Positions 38,589 to 51,836 of a stretch of DNA of 64,000 bases are shown one piece after another (the stretch's first letter is position 1; each line of letters opens with the position of its first letter). The translations under genes and the position numbers were made by a program. Location: assembly GCA_043228905.1 (NCBI GenBank), contig JBHGNT010000001.1, forward strand, positions 24,552,001-24,616,000, read 5' to 3'. The notes below the pieces were generated by a model that was not told where the DNA came from, searched no databases, and worked only from the letters and a program-made list of their open reading frames with translations. The DNA is from Azolla caroliniana. Its lineage: Eukaryota; Plantae; Polypodiophyta.

Positions 38589-38783
38589 TAGATGGATGTA
38601 GCTCAGTTGGTAAGGTTGCCCAATGGAGGCCAAGTGGTCATGGGTTCAACCCCTACATTCCATAGTGGCATCTAGGGAATTAAGAGATATATATGAAGTA
38701 TATAATAGAGAGAAGTGAGAAAACATTGGGTTTCGAACCTAAGACACACGTCGTGCTTGTAGTGTTAACAACTTACCATTACG
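38585..38783. mobile_element. tRNA-derived SINE-like sequence with a second, convergent tRNA-like module
   Basis: A box tagctcagttgg (about 38598) and B box ggttcaacc (about 38643) on +; ggttcgaaaccc on - at about 38728; a related copy at about 41712-41830. Confidence 0.5.
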
Positions 38784-39393
38784 AAAAAGAGAGAGAGAGG
38801 CTTATCTAAGGATAAGATCGATCGATGCATACTCTTTAACTAATATACAAGATTTTGTAACATCTCTATCCTATGGAAATAAGAAGAGAAATAAGAAGCC
38901 TCACTAAATGTAGTGAGTGGCAAATGCCCACCTGAATTATTAGCAAGCACCCTCTTCTTCAAAAGAGTCTTCTTCCTCTTCAGTCTTATACGATAGATAG
39001 AAGATACCAGAGTCTTCTTCTTCTTCTTCTTCTTCTACTACTATTATGTAATTTATTTGAATATATATCCACCACACTCAAAATACAGACAGCACAGAGA
39101 AAGAAAGCAGCAGCAGCTGAAGCAAGCAAGCAAGCAAGCAAGAATGAACGAAAGAAAGAAAGAAAGATGAGCGATCTTAGGAAGAAGAAAGAAAGAAGAG
39201 GAAGAAGAAAAGGAGATGAAACTGTCAGATGTAAAGATAGGATATAGGATGAAGCAGAAAAGGAAATGAAACTGCATGCTTGAAGATTAAAGAAAGAGAA
39301 TAAGAAAAAGAAGATCATGGCTTCCTCCCAAACCCCAACCTTCAGACTTCTTTACTCTGTTCCCACCTCTGTATCAATTCTTATTCGGTCACC

Positions 39394-42300
39394 ATGGGTA
39401 GTGCTGCTGCTGCTGATATTGCATACGAGCCAATCAGAACCAGGCCCATTACAAAAATGTCCGATTTGGGCCATGGGCTCGATCCTGATTCTGAGACAAA
39501 TGAAGAAGACCATGTTTCGTACGAACCTCTTACCCCTGCTGGGAGAGTCTTTTCTAGCTCTTCTTTTAATTTAAATATTTGCGTTATCCTTGGATTCAAG
39601 TCTCCTTGCAGTGTTCAAATTCTCAAAGATGGAATGAGCGGTTCACTCCTCAAGCACAAGCGTTTCGCTAGTGTTTTGGTAAAGCTTCCCTTTCTCCTCC
39701 GCATTCGCGACTTTGGGAAGGAGGTTTTTGGGAAGGATTTGTATTCAATTAAAGGGAATCATTCAAAAATACCTATCTGTCTTTTCTCTTTAATTCCCCA
39801 AGCAACCCAAGTTCTTTGTTATTCTCAAATGTCCTTCAGTTTTCATTATTCCCCCAAATGTCTTTGGTCAACCCTTTGTTGTGTTTTGGTAAGCTCACCT
39901 ACCTTGATTCATATCCACACATTGAAAGGTTCAGAAAAGGTTTGTATCAAATTTAGGGAAAACGAATCCACAATATCCCCCAGTGTTTTCTTTGTTTGCC
40001 CAAATACCCTTGCCAATCACCTCTCCAAGCATTTATATGTGCCATTTGAGCAACAATATGGTCAATTCGTCCCTGTTTTCTCTCTTTCAGGGTTGACCAT
40101 GGCCTGGGGAGAAATAGTGAAAGCATAGAGGCATGTAGGGAAATAATAAAAACTCAGTGCTGTTTGGAAGTTTTTCCTATGAATTGATCAATGATAGAGT
40201 TGACTGTTTTATTTGTTCATACTTCATTGAGTGCATTTATTTTGATGAATGTTTCTATGAATGATTTGGTTAGATTAACTTAATGTAGCGTTGAATGTAT
40301 TATGCCACTTTGGTAGGAGGAGCTATAAAGGTGAAAGTTTTTATGCATACTTCAGGAAATTAGAATAAAAGGAAGAGTTGAATGTTTTCAGATCCTGATG
40401 GATACTTTGGTCGGATGAAAAGTGTCTTTATGCATACTTTGTGTGATGAAGTATAGAATTGAATGAATTTTTGCGTATGCTTGGATGTATTATAGAGTTC
40501 CGAGTGAAAACTCTGTGATGCAGGATATGTTTTCTGCATGCTCTCATATATATTAGAGTTGAGTGTTTCTGCAACTTTGCAATGAAGAATAGAGTCTTCT
40601 TAGTAGTAAAATAAAACACCTCAATTCCATAATCAGAACTATATATCCCATACTTTTTCAGGGTTTAAGGCAAAGGTAAAACAAAAATAAAAGATCATAT
40701 TAAAGGCCCTGGAAGTTATCTTCTTGTTCATTCATTTTGAGCTTTTTTATTTGCCCAGAAGGAAGGTGATAAAGGGGAGCTTTATTGGGTGCCAACAGCA
40801 GTCAACATAGATGATCATGTCAAAGTTGTCTCACCAAAAGATATCAATGCAAGTTCATCCACCTTTGTGGAGGAATATGTTGCTCAACTCATGCATGCCT
40901 CTCTTGATATGTCAAAGCCACTCTTTGAAATTCATGTTGTAAAGGCAAAACTAGGGGATGCAGTAGAAAATATTGTTTTAATAGTCCATCATTCCATGGG
41001 TGATGGAACATCTCTTATGTCACTTCTACTAGCTTGTACGAGAAGAGTTGATGAACCTCAGTCGATGCCAACTCTTCCAACTTCTAATAAAAAAGAGAAC
41101 ACAAGCAAAGAGGGGATTTGTGGAAGGCTCTCTTTTTTTCTACAGACATTTCTTTCGATTCTATGGTTTACTTTTTCAGACATATGTCTCTTTTTAGCTA
41201 CATGCTTATGGTTAAAGGATAATCAAACCTCTATCAAAGGTGATGCTGGAGTTGAAAAGTTACCTAGAAAGCTTGTGCATGTGACAATTTCTCTGGATGA
41301 TGTTCGAAGTGTCAAACAGGCAATACATGGGGTAACTTGAACACAACTTAAGCATTAACTCATCATGGAGCTGACATATTTTATGTGTGAATATACGTAC
41401 TTTGTTTCTTTCATTTTTAATTTGATCATCATATAAGAATTAAATCTCGTAAGACCATCATCTACAACTTAACTCTTTGTGAATAAAGGTACCTGCATGA
41501 TTGAATGAAGGGAAGTAGTATGATTTGGCATTAGGTGTGAGATTGAGTATGAAGTTGTATTTTCCATATCATATCTCTTTGAGTATTTAGTTTACTAATT
41601 CTATTTTTTGTGCGACTTGAATGAGGTGATACTTGAGACGCACAAAATTGCCTACCTTTGGGTGGTTGAAAATAGCCTAACCAAACTATTTGTAGGGGAG
41701 TGAGGTCAAACTGATGTAGCTCAGTCAGTAAGGTTGCCTAGGAGAGGCTAGAAGGTCCGTGCATTGAATCTTGTTACTCTGCACTAGCATATTAGGGCAA
41801 GTAGTAAGATTTGAACCTCAGTGCATTTACCACTCGGGTACAATCCTAATATGAAAACAGAGCTGAAGATCACGATCTTTGATGATCCATGGGGACCAAA
41901 ATGACACATGGAACCTCCAAGAGGAGAGGGAAGGGGAGACAGGCAGATAAATAGGTTTTATGATTGTCTTTGGAGGCCAATAATGACCAATAGAACCACA
42001 ATTGGAACATTCTTATATAGCATGTATGGTATTGAGTACAGACCCTCAATGTTCAAGAATTGTACTAAAAATGTTGCATGTTCATGCAATATAGTACTTT
42101 TCCATATTCATGCCACACCTGAGTTGAGGTGAGAGGTGTGGTTGGTTGCCCCTCAATGAACATTTTCAATGCTCTTCTACTTTCTTGTCCTAGGAACAAG
42201 CTGTGCTTCAAGTTTAACCAAATATGATCTCTTCTTCTTCTTTTGAGACTTTGGAAGGTTGCTCTTGCTTGTTTTTATGTACAAATCCCCTGAGTTATTT

Positions 42301-43421
42301 TGTCATGCAAGCTTCTCCTTGTATCCTGACGTTCCACATCACGCCTATAGTGCATTGCCTGTTGTGTGAGGAAAGGCATTTGTGGCTGATTTATGAATGA
42401 CTTTTGTGTGACTTCCTCTAGGGGTGTGAAAAGATCCAAGTCTAGCATGTCATTGTATACTCCACAGCTATATACAACGGGTAAATTAGTTTGTAGTGAA
42501 CCCACTCTCCTTAATATATACATCCTTTGTGCATCCATTTTTCACCTCAAAGCATAGATATGCGTGATATGCAGTCAAGCCAGTAGGTCTACCAGAGATA
42601 GTGAACTCTCGTATTTCGGTTATAAGAGATGGAGATCCCATCAGGTAATCGATGGTGTTTGCACCTCCTTTTGGATTCCAACATGTCAAAGCATCTGATC
42701 TGGGCATTGTGACAAGCCATTACATATCACAAATCCATGTGCACTTCCCAAGGTATATGTATAGCAATATCTATTTTCTTAAAGGTATCTACAAAATACC
42801 CGCCATCTGTCCTTAGACAGCCATTGCAGTTCCATATAGGCATGTATAAGGTCTCATAGGCCATTCACCATCATGCAGATTTTTTCAGTGAAACGAATGA
42901 TCAAGGCTTGAGCTCTAGATTCATCTCTTCTGACCCTTCATCCTGAAGTAAATGGAATATCTGATTCCCCAGTATTTCTGTAGAGAGAGAGAGAGACTGA
43001 GCTATATTAACATCTTTTAAGAGGCCGAAATGGCCTATAATACCGAATGAGAGATTACATCTGAAAATGTTTTCTTGTCTTTGAGAATGACAAACCAAAA
43101 TAAATATAACAAACTATATGGTACTGCTGAATCTAGGCATTTAAGAATCGAGAGAGAGAGAGAAAGAAAGAAAGATATATTAATGTCTTTTACGAGGCCA
43201 AAAGGGCCTATAAGACCAAACAAGAGATTACATCTCAAGTGTTGTCTCATCTTTGAGAACAACTAATCAAAATCAAATAAATACTACCAAGTAAATATAA
43301 AGAGAAATAAGATAAAAAGAGACTAAAGAATCTGTTTTTCAGCACATGTGAGATTCTCAAGTTAAATGTATTATAACTTTTGTCTTCCAAAGATCTCTAG
43401 CATAGGTTGATCCAGAATGTG

Positions 43422-43456
<35 letters not shown>

Positions 43457-46400
43457 TTTTAGCTACTTATGTGGATGGCAGACTGTGAATGATGTCATGT
43501 ATGGAGTGCTTGCTGCTGCTGTTACACGCTATTTACGAGAGCAACATGGTATAATGATATGCACCATATAATTAGATTTTTATGAACATTTATCTTATCT
43601 TAAAGATTACAATGTTTAGGTCACTTTTATAGTGCGTTTTTAGTGTGGAAGATGCATATCTTGTATTTTTTCCTTCACATACTTGAGCATGTCAGTATAG
43701 ATCCCGTGTATGGTGGATTTTAATTCAAAATTAAATCTGTTATTCATGAGTTTTTTGAGTATAACGAAGATACATTTAGTTGTTTTGCAACTTAGCAAGA
43801 GAAATTCGTAACCAGAATTATATAGCTTATTCTTGAGTTATTGAAGCATAAATAATAAGCTTCCAGTTGTTTAGATATATAATTAATGCTGAAACTTGAA
43901 AGTGAAAGTTACAGAACGAGTACATCTGGATCATGACCCCGTTACCCTTGTCATCTGACACTAAAGTGCCACCTTGCTTCAGGGACTTCTCCATTTTGGA
44001 TCGCAGCTCATGTACGAGATCATTTGAAGGCAGAAGTTTTAGTCTATCTAAGTTCTGAATGTTAAGTATTTAGCTAGTGGGATTCTCTGGTACCTTAGGA
44101 AGTTCTTCTAATTTATCTATATCTATTTTAGTTCGTCCTCAAAGATGACACAACATTTTAAGATGTAATTTCTCATTCGATCTCATAAGCCATTTTGGCC
44201 CCCCTAAGTGCCATTTTTGCAAGCATCTTATGACAATTTGACGCCATTAGGAAAAGTAAACGACTGAGAAAGTGGTTAAGCAGCGAAGTTTGAAACTTCT
44301 AGGGGCATGCGAGATAACTTGCATATTTTAACTTTTATGCAACAAATAGATGCAACATGCATAGGCTGTAACTTAAAAAAGTGCACAAGATAGCCATCCT
44401 TCTAATGCGTGCAAAGTTTAAAATAGGATGCAATGACAGCCGAACAAAAGTTGTATGTAGAAATTTGTAAAATCTAGAAGAATATGAGATGTTTTATGGA
44501 AGCTTTCTTGCCCGTTAGCTCCTTCAGGGCAGTTTCATTATCTGAACAGATTGGTATCGATATTTACCCAAAGAATTAGAAACTATTGTACAATGATTAA
44601 TGTCACGAACATTAAACACTTGATATCGAATACATCTATGGTCAATGCTTTAAAGGCAAGGAAATGCAAGTGCAACAGGATTATAGGCCAGGAAGTAGAA
44701 ACTCAAAGTAAACATAATCCTGGTTTGGAAGACTTCTGAAATATTCTGGTGGACAAACTTTTTAAGTCCAGGAAGCCATTCAGGTAGGACTTTGGTCAAT
44801 CTTAAGTACCAATGGAAAAGGAATTAGGAAGACATATCAAGAAAGAAAAACTTTGATGGAAGAATGGAGATGCTTTAGCACTGAAGTAAAAGGACTCTAT
44901 GCTTCAACAGAAGTAACACCAAGAAGTAGGAAATGCATCTTTATCAGATACATCCTGGAGTTTAAAGTATACAGACTCTGATCTGATTGGAAAGAAGATG
45001 ATACTCAGAAGGGATGCTGAACTCGATGAGATTTTAGATATAGTGGAAAGGAGATTCAATCTTTTAGGAGAATGCGCCATGAAGGAGATAATGTTGAAAC
45101 GGATACAACAACCAGGGTCTACAAATGATGATCAGGGAATGGAGCTGTGGAACCTGAACAACTCAATCTGACTCGAGAAGAGATTCCACTCCATGAGTAG
45201 TGGATGAACTCCAAGAATCTGGAGTGAGCCCACTGATTGGAAATCTGATGGTATGTCCCAGGAGGTTTAGGAGATAGAGCAAGAATGGTAGAAGCATGCA
45301 GTGGATTAGATTGCCAACCTAGCAATTATGGCAATATCATTGAAAATGGCAAGAAGCCGAATTCTGTGACAATGAAAGATCCAAGGTGGAAAGAAACTAT
45401 GTAGTCTAAGCTAAAGAGTACTTCTGACAATCAGAGTTTGAAATTGACAAAATAAAATGGTCATGGGAACAAGATGGATTTCGAAAACTAAGTTCAAAGC
45501 TGATGGTTCTATGAACAAGTACCAATTCATAGTGAAAGGGTATGTGCAGAAGCAAGGAATAGACTATGAGGAACTATTTTCTCTGATTGTAAAGCTCAGG
45601 ATGATCAAAGCAGTTCTGAAAAAGTCCACAGTGTGGGAATGGTTAGCATACCTAATGGATGTTAAACAAGCTTTTCTGAATGGATAGTCGTGGTGTTCAT
45701 GGAGCAACCTCAGGGTTTTAAGCTACCTGTTTCAGAAAACAAGAATTTGTGGTTGTCGAAAGCCCTCCTAGATAGGTTAATGTAAGCACCAAAGGCCTTG
45801 TACAAGCGAGGAATTCCTCACAATGAACAGATTTACAAAATGTCCAATGGATGTTGTACTGTATATAAAAACAGAAGATGAGCAGATAGTGATCCAATAT
45901 TGTATTTGAATGACGTGGTCCTCATGGGCATTACTGAAGATGACTTGAATTGGATCAAGCAGAAGCTGTGTTCTGCATTCAAGATGAGGGATCTAGGTTT
46001 GTTGCACTTCTGTTTGGGACTAGAGATATATCAGAGGGACGGTATATTTGTAGCTGAGAGGTGTATCAAAATGACGGAGATATTTGTAGCTGAGACTAAG
46101 TAAGCAGAACATAATTCTCAAAGTGTTTGGGATGGACAGAAAGTTGGCTTCCCTATTGGGATCAATCTGAAGCTGTCAAATAAAGACAAAATTTTCTTTG
46201 GACTTGACCAAGGAGAATACAATGTCTGTAATATAGCACTAGTGAATTGAAAATTTTACCTTACATGAGTTTTCTATGTTTTGCATCAATCATTACATGC
46301 ATACTCTATGAAGACATCAACAACATTGCTATTTTCTCTTTGTTTTAGAATTTCACCTTGTTGATGCATGCCATGGATTTGCTTATGCTTCATTATTTTC

Positions 46401-48623
46401 TTTCTTCCTATGCATGCCATGAATTTGCCTATGCTCGACCTTAAATGAGTTTACTATGTTTTTTATCAATCTTCTTTGTTTTATAATTTTACCTTGTTGA
46501 TGCATTCCATGAATTTTCTTATGCTTGCCTTATTACACCATGTTGTTTTTCATAATGGTTCTTAGTTAATCTGATTAGTAAATGGGCTTGCTAGAAATTT
46601 AGGGATGTGGAGAATTCCAAACTTCCAATTTGCTATCCATAAAAAAAAACAGTCTTGTTCTAACTTCTAAATTGTGATACCCTTGGCTGGCAGGTAATAT
46701 CATTAATTTGGGTGAGCTTGGCAAACATGTGTACACGAGATTTTCATTAGCAAATTTACGTGTCCGAGCATGCTTATTGGTGAACACAAGGTCATCACCA
46801 GGTCTACATGTGAGCTTACATTGAAAATTTTAATATGTGACTAGAGCTGAACTACATTGTTTTAGGAAAATCATAGTGGAACAACTTTGTTTTTATCTGT
46901 TTGTTTATAGGAAATAGAAAAGATGATGTGGGGAGCATCTAATGTTAGATGGGGAAATGCAATTGGTTGTATGCTTCTGCCAATTACACTGTCTGGATTT
47001 GAAGACCCTTTGCAGTGTGTACGAGGCGCAAAAAGTGTATTGGACCGCAAAAAATTGTCTTTGGGTGCAGCTTTTACGTATAAAAGTGCTTCATTGCTAA
47101 TGAAGCTCACCGGAGCAAAGGTATATTATTTTCCTTACAAACTCCCTTTCCTCTTTTATCTTTTTTTTGTTTTTTTCATCATGCGCTGATGGTAGTAAGG
47201 TTCCCACTCTTGTTTATGGAGGTAACAAATATGAAAACTTAAAGGAATTGTCACTGACCATAAACGAAATGGGTGGATTTATGTATCCACAAGAACCTCA
47301 AAACTACAGAAATGTTTCGCTAATCTTTAACTTTTAGTAAAAAAAATTGCATGAATTAAAATCTTATACTGTTGATAAATTGGGTAAATTAATCATTTAA
47401 AAATATTGAGGGTAAAACTGAAAGTTTTCTTTGGAAAAATAGCCATATGGTGAATATTATTAGCGACTATCTATTTCCTTGCTGGATCCTGACTACAGAA
47501 TATACGTACACACACACACATGTATGTGTATGTGTATGTGTATGAATGTATGTATGTATGTGGATGATTTCAGATGCCAACTAGGCTCATATACAGATGT
47601 GTGGCAAACACTACGTTGTCATGCTCAAATGTAGTTGGGCCACTCGAGGAAATCCAGATGTTTGGCCATCAAATCACACACATCCTTCCCACAGTCTCTG
47701 GTCAGCCACAGGTTAGTTCATGTAGATTTACACTAACATTTAAACATAGTAACATTTGCAATTTGTTTAACATTAACTTAATGCAGTGACTTTCACATTC
47801 ATTGTAACATGTCCCACCTAGCAATCCTGGTGTGGAGAGAATACTCTACTGATGAAGAAGTGTGTGTTCGTGAAACCCCCCCCAAACCTTTCATCATTTG
47901 ATGCCCCTGCTAGGGATCACTAGACCAACTTTCTATGTTTTCGGTAGAGTTTTGCACAAACTCCTGGGCAAGTGTTAGAGTTATCAAAGGACCAGAGGTT
48001 AGATAATTAGAAAGAACATTGTACACGTTCAATATTATGTTTAGGGTTTTAAATCAATAGACTTAGAGGATTCTAACGGACATTGTTTTCTATTACCCCA
48101 ATCCCACCAATTATTTATCTTTAATCATGTTTACTTCAAAATTTTCTCATTATTATTTCGTATTCAATTTTTATCTTTTATTTTCTTACTTACCACATCC
48201 TAATTTTCCTTCGTTTTCTTGTGCCCACATTAAACAGTTGATAGTTGAATCAACTGGCAAGTACATATAGTACCTGCCACAGATTTAAGGAATACGTTTA
48301 TTCCTTAAAAAACCCACCTACTAGTACCTTTTTGCATCACAAACCTTTACTATTCTATGGCCGACTCACCATTAAAACTGATATTCACATTCACATTAAT
48401 ATTAATATTAATACCATTACTGTTATCATAACATTAACGTTAATGTCATGGATTGAAGTTGAATCTTTTTGTGTAGGCTTTGTGTGTGCACTTCCAAAGC
48501 TATATGGATCGCGTTGCAATCATCCTATCTGCAGCAAGCGATGTTGTCCCTGACCCCGAAAAACTATGCAAATACATCACGGAAGCCCTTGAAGACATTA
48601 AAGTTAAAATTGCTATGGATTAG
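39394..48623 (+). CDS. WSD1: Wax ester synthase / diacylglycerol O-acyltransferase (WS/DGAT, WSD1-like); 7 exons, about 511 aa
   Basis: Exons 39394-39678, 40759-41331, 43482-43548, 46694-46809, 46911-47120, 47574-47711 and 48477-48623, all GT-AG and in frame. EPLTPAGR, catalytic HHSMGDGTSLMSLLLAC, TVNDV, LLVNTR, RWGN, SNVVGPLEE, HFQSYMD. Confidence 0.93.
42130..42870 (-). mobile_element. LINE remnant (endonuclease region) in WSD1 intron 2
   Basis: LTCWNPKGGANTIDYLMGS resembles an AP-endonuclease motif; heavily decayed. Confidence 0.55.
42960..43270 (+). repeat. Tandem duplication of about 175 bp with (GA)n
   Basis: atattaa..tctttta.gaggcc.aa..ggcctataa.acc.aa..agagattacatct occurs twice. 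Confidence 0.65.
44100..46200 (+). mobile_element. Highly degenerate copia remnant in WSD1 intron 3
   Basis: WISKTKFKADGSMNKY...KGYVQKQGIDYEELFS, MDVKQAFLNG, FKMRDLGLLHFCLGLEI. Confidence 0.75.
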
Positions 48624-49699
48624 TCAATAAGTTTAAAAAACTAATGATTATTTACCTCTTTGAGGATCACTTTAAACTTAATTTGTTTATATGAAACATG
48701 AAGCACAATAATTTACGAAGTAAACCATTGCTCTATTAGCATAAAACAAAGTCTAGGCAAAGACTTAACTGCTGCTTGAAAGTCCTGGAATGATTTTGTA
48801 CCCCTTTAATGGTGTCAAACAAGAGTTAATTTATTGTTTAAAAAAGGCACGTATCATTGTATGTTTTCTTGGCAAAAGATCGCAATAAGAAATTAACCTT
48901 AATCATGTGTTGAATATAGACATTCGTTAAGCAATATGTAAGCAACCTATGGGTGGTCGTGCTAGGCTAGACTCCAACTCCATAACTTTAAGAGCATATG
49001 TTAACATTTTATCATGGGAGTTTACTTGGAACTTTGAAGTACTGAGAGGAATGTAGGTCATAAATGTGGATTCATTATCTGTAGTTGATATTTGTCCCAG
49101 TAGTACCTTTTCTAAATATTGTTATCCACACCTTCATTATGCATCAATTCAAAAAGATGTGCCAAATTATCTATAGGTTGTGTTCATGTAGTATTCTCTT
49201 TGCTTCAAATTGTTCGATTGCTCTATTGTGCCATTTCAACTTCCCATTACTAAAGCACAATGTTTGCACTTGTAAATATGAATATCTCTTTTTAACATGT
49301 CAAGCTCAATTCAATTTGTGTAATGTTAGTGGCAGAAATTCTGATTTACTAATCATGTAACATTAATATAGAGATCTCCATCTTGTACAACTTCAACTTT
49401 GTCACTCTCCCCCAATGTGGAGCGCTTTCATGAGATTTAGTTTGTCAATGTCTTTCACATGGAAGAACCCACCCACATACAACTTGTTACGGGCATGACC
49501 ATAATTTGTATCCCGTGGTAAGCAGTATGAGGGTTAATTGAGATTGTAAAGAAAGGAGGATTACTTTTTATCCTAGGAATTGAGACAACGTGAACTGTGG
49601 GGGCCTTAGGTCTAGCTATAAAGATGAAGCCTAGCTACTCGAGATTGTGATCTTGTGGTGAACAAACTCTTATAGCGAACGCACTAGTACCAAGTACGA

Positions 49700-50530
49700 C
49701 TCAATGCCTATTTCCACTCACTTGGTTGGTGTGGTACAAAGTCAAAGGGTGATTGTGGGTGTGAAAGGGCCGACAAAGTCAAAGGCCCAGAGTTTCCAAA
49801 AAACGGTCAAGGAGAAGATATGTGGGTGGTGGAGAATTGTATGGGGGCAATTGCCATGGGTTGACCTACTCATTCATTCACACTTCCTAGACAGGTGAGT
49901 GGTCCTACACCATGCATGGGGTACCAGAAGCTGCTCTATTACACCTTCATACTGTGTCGTTACCCGCGAGCATGGTGGTTCCTTGAGATCCCTCCTCCAT
50001 GGCCTTCTTCAACCACATGATCCGTCTGGTAGTCACAAAACAGTGGCGGCAGTCGCTGCTGTCAACACCTTCATGGTACACAATAGCGTCAAGGAGGCAA
50101 ATGTTGTGACTATGTACCGCCAACCATTTGCACTCTTCATTGGTGAGACCTGTGGGTGGTAATCCGGTTGCAAAGGAAGGCTCATTTTCATGATCCATGT
50201 GTTCAGATACAGTGGAGTAGTCATGGGCCTGATGTCATGTAGGTGGTAAGAGGTCAGGACTAATATGGTAGTTTCCACGAAGTCATCGATGATGACTCCC
50301 TCCAATCGACCAATGCATGTTGGGTTCGGACATGTGACAATTTGCGAAACTTGAATTCCTTGAGACGAAGCATCCCATTGGGCATGAAGTCGTCAATGAA
50401 GAATTGTACGAACGAGGGGATGAAGGGGTGCAAATGTTTCAGCAATGATTGTTGCTGAAATGGTTTTAGGAGCTGTCTTTGACCCAAAACATCATGATAG
50501 CGGCCAAAAGCACCCAATTCTTTGATGAAC
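49700..50530 (-). mobile_element. Decayed gypsy pol remnant of the Tat-like family
   Basis: TGLPPTGLTNEECKWLAVHSHN and WAFDFVGPFTP parallel TGLPPPQLRTNEKKRLAVRSRN and WGLDFVGPFTP of the 28-34 kb element. Confidence 0.7.
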
Positions 50531-50790
50531 ACGGTCTTTTCCTTCCTACTCGTTGATTGTAGTTGCTAGTTTTTACAAAGAAAATAGCTTAGCAAGAAAT
50601 GTATTTACCCTTGCTCAGACTTTAAAGAGAGATAAAGGGATGAATTAAAGTTATAATTTATGAGATAAACACGGTCTTTATGCTAGTTTTTACAAAGAAA
50701 ATAGCTTAGCTAGAAATGTATTTATACCCTTGCTCAGACTTTAAAGAGAGATAAAGGGATGAATTAACGTTATAATTAATGAGATAAGCA
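50528..50790 (+). repeat. Tandem duplication of about 120 bp
   Basis: gctagtttttacaaagaaaatagcttagc...cttgctcagactttaaagagagataaagggatgaattaa occurs twice. Confidence 0.85.
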
Positions 50791-51487
50791 CATATAATTG
50801 AGGAAAATGGGGTTGAGTTGACCCTATGATCATTCAAACAGTACTACCCATGACTCTAAAAGGGATTGAGATTTGGGGGAAATATCAAATAATAGGATCG
50901 TCTTGTGCATTTCGGCAATCATGTGGAGCCTTACCCTTAAGAGTGGATCAATATTCTTGTAGCTTTTGTCTAATGAAAGGCTTGGGATCTAATAAAGCAA
51001 GCTTGGTTCTATGACATATTCCCATGCAACTTAGACGTTGAGTGTATGCTACTTAGATATCAAGCAACAAGTAGATGCAACAACATAGTGGATGTGGTAT
51101 TATACATTAAAATATCATGGAAATAATATATTAATGGGATGTTAAGAGCAATAGTAAGAAGCTCAAGATTCGTGAGACTACATTGTGAGGGTATAAAGGC
51201 ACTAGATTAAGCATGTGTTGACAACAATCGGTCATAATATTCATGACTTACAGACAACTGCTCAGTAATGATTTCTACAAGCTTAAGATGATCAAACCAT
51301 TTAACAGTAATTTAACTCATCTGCAGGTTGATCCATAGACCTTTTAAATCAATGCATTAACTAGTTCACATATGTAGTTAGACGACATCCATACCTACAT
51401 ATTAGCAGTGTCCTGATATTTTTGTGTTCTGTAGTAACAAACTTTTCATAACAGACGCAAATATGTGTCAAACTATCGATATTCTCA

Positions 51488-51540
51488 TGTGCGTGTGCAT
51501 GTGCGTGTGTGCGTGTGGGTGTGCGTGCGTGCGTGGGTGC

Positions 51541-51584
<44 letters not shown>
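51488..51584 (+). repeat. (GT)n microsatellite
   Basis: Long pure and interrupted GT run. Confidence 0.95.
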
Positions 51585-51585
<1 letters not shown>

Positions 51586-51836
51586 GAGAAAACTATGACA
51601 TATGCACGCATGACAATGCTGACAGATAAACCTTCTTCACAAATTTTACTTACATTTCAAGGGGGAACAGCAAATGAACATTTGCACTACTGCCATCAAC
51701 CCCACACACTATTTTAGTTGCACCTAAGTAAAACAATGGTTTGTCTCATAGCTTCAGTGTCTACTATATCCTCGTCCACTCCAAATGTCAGATACGTATC
51801 AATCATCAAGGATATAATTTGCACCATAGATAGGAT

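Noticed and set aside
38592-38660. Functional tRNA genes here and at 731-792 and 8243-8310
   Set aside because: A/B boxes are present, but I could not fold convincing acceptor and anticodon stems, and all copies sit in repeats.
39679-40128. C-terminal part of the 244-aa ORF as coding sequence
   Set aside because: Read-through into WSD1 intron 1 beyond the donor at 39679.
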